Part shown: positions 44,693-51,063 of the stretch, one piece after another
Numbering within the stretch: position 1 is the first letter of the stretch
Layout of the letters: every line of letters starts with the position of its first letter
Source of the DNA: a virus
Taxonomy: Duplodnaviria > Caudoviricetes
IMG/VR virus record: IMGVR_UViG_3300020473_000002
Coordinates: 1 to 51,063 of that record
Strand: one strand, 5' to 3'
Length of the DNA: 51,063 nucleotides
Program-made: the position numbers and the translations under genes
Notes under the pieces: generated by a model
Told to the model about the DNA's origin: nothing
What the model saw: only the letters and a program-made list of their open reading frames with translations
Database searches by the model: none

Positions 44693-45301
44693 CTATAACT
44701 GCCTCTGTGTTGCGCCACGGTTGTTACGTGTGCCACTGCTAGTTGTTACTGTGGCGGCACCTTCTCGGCCCCACGGAATATCGGTGATAACGGTGCCGCT
44801 AAACTCCATACCAAAGCAGGTAGGAAAAAATAATTGCTGTGATTTAAGGTTGGTTTTGCGCCCTCTGGCGGCTTCAAAGTCGGCCCAAATAGACGCGGCT
44901 TTTAATGTTAGCTTTGCCGTGGTGGCGCTTTCTTCGCCGTTTTTGCCTGACAGCAAGCCTTTCCAAAGTGTGGTTTTAAAGGCGACTTGACCGGCATCGT
45001 TAAACCATACTTTGCTAATCGTTACGGGAGCATTTAGCCATTTTGAGGTAAAAAAAAGCGCCGTGATGGCGCTATCTACTGAGTTAAGAACAAGGCTTAT
45101 TTCGCCTATTTTGGGGCTCGATTGCTGTTTCATGCTTACTTTGGCATCCCAAACCCCCGCGCGATATTCAACACCACCATAGGTAATGTGAGCACCGGCG
45201 CTGGTTAAGTGCAAAGGGGTGTCCAGATCAATCGTTAAAAAATGCGCGGTGGTATGAGGCTTTGATAAAATAGTGACAAGTTCGTCAGGTAAATTAATCA
45301 T
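44693..45301 (-). CDS. Minor tail/hub protein
   Basis: Between Dit and tail tip; GRKTNLKSQQLFFP..IPWG. Confidence 0.75.
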   Translation of the reverse strand: MINLPDELVTILSKPHTTAHFLTIDLDTPLHLTSAGAHITYGGVEYRAGVWDAKVSMKQQSSPKIGEISLVLNSVDSAITALFFTSKWLNAPVTISKVWFNDAGQVAFKTTLWKGLLSGKNGEESATTAKLTLKAASIWADFEAARGRKTNLKSQQLFFPTCFGMEFSGTVITDIPWGREGAATVTTSSGTRNNRGATQRQL

Positions 45302-45908
45302 TAATAAACTCCACAAATTCGACTTTTACAGCCAGCTCTTTACCTTCGCGGGCGCGCAGTTGTATGTCTTGCTTATCGGATGTTAATTGCATGGTAAAGT
45401 TAACGTTTGCGCCTGCGATTAGGGCGGTGTTTTGTGCCAGTGCATTGCGCAGCGGCGGGGTAATATGCACGGTTCCTTGCCCTGCACCGTTACTGCTTAG
45501 CGTTTGCGTGACCATATACACTTTGCTGTGAGAGCTAAATTGCACAAAGTCGCCAGGCTCTAATATGCCCACCTTAGCGCTGGGTAAATTATAAAGCGCT
45601 ATGCTTTTCGACCCTTGCAGGGCGTTTTCGCGTAAGCGGGCTAAGTCGGTGCCGGTGCCAATTTGCGGGTAAGGATTGGCAAATAGGCATTGCCCGTATT
45701 GACCATCCAGCGAGCACACAAACGAAAATAAACCCATAACATCGCTATATTTGAGCTTTGGAGTGGTTAAATCGATGCCCCACTTATGCATATAGCCAAT
45801 GCGGTTTGTTGTATCTATGCCGCCTTGCGTTGGGTCGTTTTGGGTTTCGTTATACGTTCGCAAGCGCGCCTGCTGGGGTAGCACGTATTTAACAGGGAAT
45901 ATTTGCAT
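45294..45908 (-). CDS. Distal tail (Dit-like) protein
   Basis: Follows the TMP; GDFVQFSSHSKVYMV..ITPPLR. Confidence 0.75.
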   Translation of the reverse strand: MQIFPVKYVLPQQARLRTYNETQNDPTQGGIDTTNRIGYMHKWGIDLTTPKLKYSDVMGLFSFVCSLDGQYGQCLFANPYPQIGTGTDLARLRENALQGSKSIALYNLPSAKVGILEPGDFVQFSSHSKVYMVTQTLSSNGAGQGTVHITPPLRNALAQNTALIAGANVNFTMQLTSDKQDIQLRAREGKELAVKVEFVEFIND

Positions 45909-45918
45909 AAAAAGGCTC

Positions 45919-48165
45919 TTAAATAGGTCTATCTATTAGGTCTTGCATGTCGGTAGCGATGCGGTTTTTATTACTTTCATACCATTGTTCAAAGCCGTGG
46001 GTGTCCATGGCGGTTACATTGAAATTAGGCGCAATAGTAAGAGATTCTGCGCCTTGATTTTGATTGGCCATCATGGCGTACATTTCATCTATGCGCTGGG
46101 CGCTTTGATTGGTGTAAACACGCTCGCCTTTATCAAGTAGCCATGTACCTTCGTTTGGTATGGCGTCAATACCATTGTGCGCCATACCCGCCATGCCTGC
46201 TGAAATACCGCCAATGGCGGTGGCCATAGGTTGCGCTACGGCTAGCGCCGCGCCCATAGCGCCAGGTGCTAAAATAGGCCCCACGATAGGAATTGCGGCG
46301 GTAGCGGCAAAGGCGTTTAAGCCTGCCGTTAGCGCCATAGCTTGGGCGCTGGTTGCCATGGTGGTGCCCGCGCTGACCGCTGCGGTTTTGTTAAGCAGCT
46401 TTTCGATGGCCCATAAGGCCAAACGCTTAGCGCCCATTTCGGCAAGCGCGGCAATGGTTGACTTAACCACGCCTTGCATTACGCTTTTCATTGAGTCGCT
46501 AAAGCTTTGCTGGGTCATTACCGCATTAGCGACCGACTCGCCTATGCCTTGGGTAAAGCGGTCAAAGGTGTTGCCCCACATCGCATCAAAGTCGGTGCTG
46601 GTTTGCGCCGCTTGCTCGCGTAGCTGATCCATAAACGTTTGGTTTTGCTCTACGCGGGTGGCGTTAAATTCTTCGTTTGCTTGAATTGTGAGTGCGCGGT
46701 ATTCGTCCTCGGTTAGCTTTTTAGCTTCAAGCGCTAAACGCCATTCTTCTATTTGCACACCGAGTTGCGCGCGTTCTTCGCTCCAGTCGTTTTCGCGCAT
46801 GAGCTTTTTAACCGCAAAATACTGTTGCGCTTGCTCTATTTGCGCTTGATATGGGTTGGTTTGTTCTTCGTCGTTTGTTGGGGTGGCCCCTTCGCTACCT
46901 TGAACAACCGGCGGGTTGTAATTTAGGGTGCTTACGTATGTTTGCGCGAGCCCTTCAAAACGTGCTTTGGCGTCGGCATACCACTGCTGTAAATTTTTCG
47001 ATGGGATAGGCTCCATCATTAAATTGTGTAAGTCGGCGGTTGATTTTTGCGCGGCTTTGTACGCGGCGGCGGTTTCGTCTTTATCGAATAATTGCGGCGC
47101 TTCAAAGTTACTTAAAGAGGCTAAGCTTTTTGCCATTTTTGCGGCGTCGTCGTTAAAAAACGCGGCAGCATCTAGCGCTTTTTGCAGCGGCCACACGACG
47201 GTTTTTATAATATTTTGGCCAAGTGCCGTCATGCCTTTAAGCATGGCGTTGGCCCCTTCCATTACCAGTAAACGCAAGCCATTAAAGCTTACCTTTAAGC
47301 TTTGCCAAATTACTTGTATACCGCGCCAGGCATTACCCACAAAACCCGCACCTTTTACCATTGTGCCCACAGCCTCGGCGGCATAGCTGCCCATGCCTCC
47401 GGCTTGTTTTGCGTTTTCTAAAAACAAATCAGCGAGTGAGCCAATAACCGGTGCGGCCTCGGTGGCGAGGTTTTGGCTAAAACTGCCCCACACCGATTCG
47501 GCGCGGGTGATTGAATCGTTTGCTATTTCTATTTTATTGGCTTCAATGCGATCAAGACTTATGCCAAGCGCTTTTGCTTCTTCTCGCATGGCGTTAATGC
47601 CTGCGCTGCCGCCCTCAATAACTTTAAGCATGCCGGTGCCCGACTTGCCAAACAACTCGTAAGCTATGCGGGTGCGCTCGGATTGGCTTTCTATACCGAC
47701 AAGGGCGTCGGCCATGACACCTAATTGCTCGTCAGGCTTTAATTTATTTAAGTCTTGAGCATTAATTTGCAGGGCTTTTAATGTATCTGCCAGTGGGCCA
47801 GTGCCTTTAAATGCTGCATCGGCGGTGCGCCGCGTCATGTTTTCGAGGCTTTTATCAAGGTCTTTATTTGCGACACCTGACAACCCCGCCGCGTGGCGTA
47901 ACTCGGTTAAGGCGCTGGTTTGTATGCCGATACTGTCGGCATATTTGGCGGTTTGGTCGATTACGTCGGCTTGTTGTTTGTAAATGCCCAATAAGGCACC
48001 CACTACTAAACCACCGGCTAATACGCCCGCTTTGCCGTATTTATTCATGTTGCTGCGGGCATTTTTAGCAAAGCTGCTAACGCTTTTACCTGCTTTGGTT
48101 AGCTCTTTTCTTAACGTGGCGCTGTTACCGCCAATTTGTATGTTTAAACTGGCTAAGGTACTCAT
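45919..48165 (-). CDS. Tail tape measure protein
   Basis: Ala-rich helical, 748 aa; AHNGIDAIPNEGTWLLDKGERV. Confidence 0.93.
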   Translation of the reverse strand: MSTLASLNIQIGGNSATLRKELTKAGKSVSSFAKNARSNMNKYGKAGVLAGGLVVGALLGIYKQQADVIDQTAKYADSIGIQTSALTELRHAAGLSGVANKDLDKSLENMTRRTADAAFKGTGPLADTLKALQINAQDLNKLKPDEQLGVMADALVGIESQSERTRIAYELFGKSGTGMLKVIEGGSAGINAMREEAKALGISLDRIEANKIEIANDSITRAESVWGSFSQNLATEAAPVIGSLADLFLENAKQAGGMGSYAAEAVGTMVKGAGFVGNAWRGIQVIWQSLKVSFNGLRLLVMEGANAMLKGMTALGQNIIKTVVWPLQKALDAAAFFNDDAAKMAKSLASLSNFEAPQLFDKDETAAAYKAAQKSTADLHNLMMEPIPSKNLQQWYADAKARFEGLAQTYVSTLNYNPPVVQGSEGATPTNDEEQTNPYQAQIEQAQQYFAVKKLMRENDWSEERAQLGVQIEEWRLALEAKKLTEDEYRALTIQANEEFNATRVEQNQTFMDQLREQAAQTSTDFDAMWGNTFDRFTQGIGESVANAVMTQQSFSDSMKSVMQGVVKSTIAALAEMGAKRLALWAIEKLLNKTAAVSAGTTMATSAQAMALTAGLNAFAATAAIPIVGPILAPGAMGAALAVAQPMATAIGGISAGMAGMAHNGIDAIPNEGTWLLDKGERVYTNQSAQRIDEMYAMMANQNQGAESLTIAPNFNVTAMDTHGFEQWYESNKNRIATDMQDLIDRPI

Positions 48166-48392
48166 GCTGGTTTAGCTCCCCACGCTTTTAGGTATTCGGT
48201 TAGGTCGTCGGGTGGTAACTCGACGGGTTTGTCTTTTTTAGGGTTTGATTTTTCTTGCTGTAGCTTTTTAAAAGCGTAGATTTCGGCAAGCTGACGGTTT
48301 GTTATTTGGCTTTCAAGTTCAAACGGGGTGCGCCCTATTTCCGTGGCGTAAGAAAATAGGAAACACCGCCACCCGTTTGCTTTTAGTTTTTT
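48162..48392 (-). CDS. Tail assembly chaperone frameshift extension (gpT-like)
   Basis: Slippery A AAA AAC at 48392-48386; -1 frame open to a TGA overlapping the TMP ATG. Confidence 0.85.
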   Translation of the reverse strand, partial: KKLKANGWRCFLFSYATEIGRTPFELESQITNRQLAEIYAFKKLQQEKSNPKKDKPVELPPDDLTEYLKAWGAKPA

Positions 48393-48739
48393 GTTAGTTC
48401 TTCAATGTCGGCGTCGGTTACATTGTTTAAACGCGAGGCCACGGCAAACATTTTATTGATTGGTGCAGCGGGCATGGCGCTTAGCTGCTCTAAATCATCC
48501 ATGGTAAATAGTTTATTGCCGTCGGCATCTTCGGCGCTTTTAATTACCATGACGGCTTTAACTGAAATATCGGTTTTCATTTTGCCGTCGGTATTAACGA
48601 TAATTTGTTCAAATTCTTCGTTTTCTTTGGCGGTAAGCGCTTTAATAAACACCTCACCAAAACCATTAAGCGTGACAGGTTCGCGGTGTAGCACACCCAT
48701 TTTTGCAAAGAAATTAGCTTTGTTAATTTTTGTCGCCAT
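48383..48739 (-). CDS. Tail assembly chaperone (gpG-like)
   Basis: DADGNKLFT motif; between major tail and TMP genes. Confidence 0.85.
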   Translation of the reverse strand: MATKINKANFFAKMGVLHREPVTLNGFGEVFIKALTAKENEEFEQIIVNTDGKMKTDISVKAVMVIKSAEDADGNKLFTMDDLEQLSAMPAAPINKMFAVASRLNNVTDADIEELTKN

Positions 48740-49161
48740 TATGCAAGACCCTCATCCGAGTTAATGCCAAGTTTTGCTTTAAAACGCAGGCCGCTTTCGG
48801 CTTCAAGTTCAGCCATTACAAACGAGCCGATAACCGCTCTAAATGTCCATACTGGGCCGGTTGTGCCTACGCGCAGTTTAAATTCGCGCTCTTTGCCGTC
48901 TTCATCAGCTGCTTTAAGCTCCTGTTGGCCTGGGTCGGTTGAATCCCAGCGACCGATTAGCTCGCGTTCGCCTGCATCTTTTTGGGCCGATTTGCCGTAT
49001 TGCACTTGTAAGTCGCTTAGTACGGTATCGGGGTTTAATTTGCCTTCGCTGCCGATGGTGCCGCCAATGCTGTCGAACCCTTTAACAACAATGGTTTCGC
49101 CGCCGTCGCCTGTTTTGGTAACTGAAAGCTGCGAACCTTCAGGAAACATTACTTCGCTCAT
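48739..49161 (-). CDS. Major tail tube protein
   Basis: Synteny; DPGQQEL..REFKL..WTFRAVI. Confidence 0.85.
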   Translation of the reverse strand: MSEVMFPEGSQLSVTKTGDGGETIVVKGFDSIGGTIGSEGKLNPDTVLSDLQVQYGKSAQKDAGERELIGRWDSTDPGQQELKAADEDGKEREFKLRVGTTGPVWTFRAVIGSFVMAELEAESGLRFKAKLGINSDEGLA

Positions 49162-49164
49162 GGT

Positions 49165-49527
49165 TTATTCTCCGTAGTGAAAATTAAAGTCGATTATGTG
49201 GCGGTGTACGTTAGGATCGCCGCTAAAATCGGGGATGGTGTTTTGCTCTTTTATTAATGAAATTGTGACGCCGCCAAAGGTGCCTTTTAAAAACTTAAGG
49301 TGCTGGCGCAATTGCTTAGCCAGTGTGGCGGCCTCGGCTGAGTTACCCGACACGGCGCTAATTTGATAGCGGGCGGCGCGGTGGCCGGTGGCGTCTAGCG
49401 TATCCTCGGGGCGGTCACTCACTGGCACGTAACACAATGCGGGTAACGGCGCTTTGCTGGGTATTTCGCGTGCGTAAACGTGATCGGTTAAGTGGTAAAG
49501 TATCTCGGTTACTGCGGTATCTATCAT
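49165..49527 (-). CDS. Tail terminator (DUF3168-like)
   Basis: Synteny; LPALCY..RYQISAVS. Confidence 0.8.
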   Translation of the reverse strand: MIDTAVTEILYHLTDHVYAREIPSKAPLPALCYVPVSDRPEDTLDATGHRAARYQISAVSGNSAEAATLAKQLRQHLKFLKGTFGGVTISLIKEQNTIPDFSGDPNVHRHIIDFNFHYGE

Positions 49528-50033
49528 TTTGATTGCCTTTTTATGGCGCGCTCAATGTTTTTGGCAAGCTCTATTTTGGTAATGCTGATCACCAATGATT
49601 GATTGCTAATAAGTGAGGGGCGCACGAACGGTTGCCCCGCAATGCCCGGGTGCATTAAATTAGCTAACCCTTTAGGGTTTAATATGTGCGGCTTTACGCC
49701 TGTTTCTAACCAGTAAGCAATTAACGGGGCGGGTAAGGCGCTACCGGAAAGCCCTTGGGCTTTTTTGTTTGGGTAAACACCCACGTAGGCGGCGGCGTCG
49801 TAAATGCTGTGATTGCCTTTTTTATTAAGCGCGGTTTTTGTTTTTATTGATTCGCTTAAGTGGCCCGTTTGGCTGTTAAAGTTGGCGTTTAAGTTGGCTT
49901 GCATATCTGTATGCACGGGCTTGGCTGCTTTTCGTAGGGCGCCGCGCAATACTTTGCCCTGCGTGGCACCGGCTACTTTTTGTAATTGCTTTTCTAGCTC
50001 TTTTAGGCCCAGCACTTGACCGGTTATTTTCAT
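49524..50033 (-). CDS. HK97 gp10-like neck protein
   Basis: GLKELEKQL..WLETG..QPFVRP. Confidence 0.85.
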   Translation of the reverse strand: MKITGQVLGLKELEKQLQKVAGATQGKVLRGALRKAAKPVHTDMQANLNANFNSQTGHLSESIKTKTALNKKGNHSIYDAAAYVGVYPNKKAQGLSGSALPAPLIAYWLETGVKPHILNPKGLANLMHPGIAGQPFVRPSLISNQSLVISITKIELAKNIERAIKRQSK

Positions 50034-50356
50034 AATGCTTTAAGCTCTAAATCAAAAATAATGGTGTGGTTTAATAGCTCTACATTGGTTACGTCTTTTA
50101 CTTCGTAAGTTTGGCCCGCAATAATTATTTGCTGCACGGCCATAAACGCGGGGCGATAGTCAATTGCAAAACTGACTTGGGCGGTGCTTACATCAAGCGT
50201 TTGTTGATTAACAATACCGCCACGCTGTTTTTTATAGCTGCCTTTTACATGGCCCACGCTTGTAAGCTGTGCTTTGTTGCCTTGCGGGCCTTTTACTAAT
50301 TCGCTTATAAATAACTCTGCGCGGGTGCGCTTTTGGCTGGCGGTTAATCTGTTCAT
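50030..50356 (-). CDS. Head-tail adaptor/closure protein
   Basis: Synteny and size. Confidence 0.78.
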   Translation of the reverse strand: MNRLTASQKRTRAELFISELVKGPQGNKAQLTSVGHVKGSYKKQRGGIVNQQTLDVSTAQVSFAIDYRPAFMAVQQIIIAGQTYEVKDVTNVELLNHTIIFDLELKAL

Positions 50357-50358
50357 GG

Positions 50359-50700
50359 TTAGCCTATATGCACGTATTTAAAGCCGCTTAGTAGGGCGTT
50401 AAATGCTGGATTGTCTTTTAAATTTTGCTCGGTATCGGCCTCGCGGGTGCTGTATAACGAGCTAAGCGCAAGCAAAGTGGCTTGCTGTAGCGTGGCAACG
50501 TGTGTTTGCTTTAGGGCGTCGAGCGCAATTGCATTGGGGCTGTTTGGCGGTATTTCGCTTTGTGTTTGGTATATATCGCGCGCAATGGCATGCTCTACAC
50601 GGCCAATTGAGGCGCTTATTAAGCCCTCTATGTGCTCGTTTTCTTCGTCGTCTAATACGCCAAGTTGGCTTTTAGCTTGCGCTAAGGTGATCAAGTCCAT
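50359..50700 (-). CDS. Head-tail connector (HK97 gp6-like)
   Basis: ITLAQAKSQLGV..QATLLALSSLYSTRE. Confidence 0.85.
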   Translation of the reverse strand: MDLITLAQAKSQLGVLDDEENEHIEGLISASIGRVEHAIARDIYQTQSEIPPNSPNAIALDALKQTHVATLQQATLLALSSLYSTREADTEQNLKDNPAFNALLSGFKYVHIG

Positions 50701-50713
50701 GGTTATGACCCAT

Positions 50714-50740
50714 AAAAAAAGCCCGCACATGGCGGGCTTT
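50714..50740 (-). terminator. Intrinsic terminator
   Basis: AAAGCCCGC-catgt-GCGGGCTTTTTTT on the minus strand. Confidence 0.75.
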
Positions 50741-50760
50741 GGTGGCTGAGGAACACACTA

Positions 50761-51063
50761 TTACTCTTTTTCGTATAGCTCTGCAGGGCTTGGCGTTAGC
50801 GCCAGTATGGCGGCGGCTTTGTCGCTGCTAAAACTTGCAATATCGCCATTAGCCCATGCTTTGTATGGGCCGTTAAATTTAAGCGTTACACTTTCTTGCT
50901 CGGGTGCGGCTTTTTCTGCCTCAGCTTGTGCGGCTTTATCTGCCTCAGCTTGTGCGGCTTTATCTGCCTCAGCTTGTGCGGCTTTGTCTGCCTCAGCTTG
51001 TGCGGCTTTGTCTGCCTCAGCTTGTGCGGCTTTGTCTGCCTCAGCTTGTGCGGCTTTGTCTGC
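50761..51063 (-). CDS. 3' part of the AEADKAAQ-repeat protein
   Basis: ...AEAEKAAPEQESVTLKFNGPYKAWANGDIASFSSDKAAAILALTPSPAELYEKE*. Confidence 0.8.
   Translation of the reverse strand, partial: ADKAAQAEADKAAQAEADKAAQAEADKAAQAEADKAAQAEADKAAQAEAEKAAPEQESVTLKFNGPYKAWANGDIASFSSDKAAAILALTPSPAELYEKE
50916..51063. repeat. 24-bp tandem repeat (6 full units plus a partial unit)
   Basis: Directly visible. Confidence 0.97.

Larger units (their letters stand above)
1..51063. mobile_element. Temperate siphovirus phage-plasmid, near-complete circularly permuted genome
   Basis: Full head, tail, lysis and cI/cro modules plus ParA, two plasmid Rep proteins and a resolvase; no host genes; both ends lie in the same 24-bp repeat. 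Confidence 0.93.

Noticed and set aside
1-51063. Linear N15-like plasmid prophage
   Set aside because: No protelomerase or long telomere palindrome recognised; ends join through a coding repeat

Overview
The window looks like an essentially complete, circularly permuted temperate siphovirus phage-plasmid genome of about 51 kb; both ends break inside the same 24-bp coding repeat. A marine gammaproteobacterial host such as Pseudoalteromonas is my inference from composition and gene style only. It has an HK97-type head, a lambda-like tail, a lysis cassette with a Q-like antiterminator, a cI/cro switch, and adenine and cytosine methyltransferases. Plasmid functions are ParA plus a small partner, a serine resolvase, a tyrosine recombinase and two convergent replicons (iteron Rep_3-type and IncFII-RepA-type). 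Several elements are missed by the ORF track. (1) A 57-aa putatively secreted peptide with two identical GSGGIIILNPK cores lies upstream of a polytopic membrane protein and next to an HTH regulator/small-ORF pair, a candidate peptide-signalling module. (2) A DinQ-like type I toxin has a divergent antisense sRNA. (3) A C4-type antisense RNA controls an Rha antirepressor. (4) An AACAC-N5-GTGTT operator is dispersed genome-wide. The CI also appears to lack its autocleavage catalytic residues. All calls are from motif reading by eye; no database searches were run.
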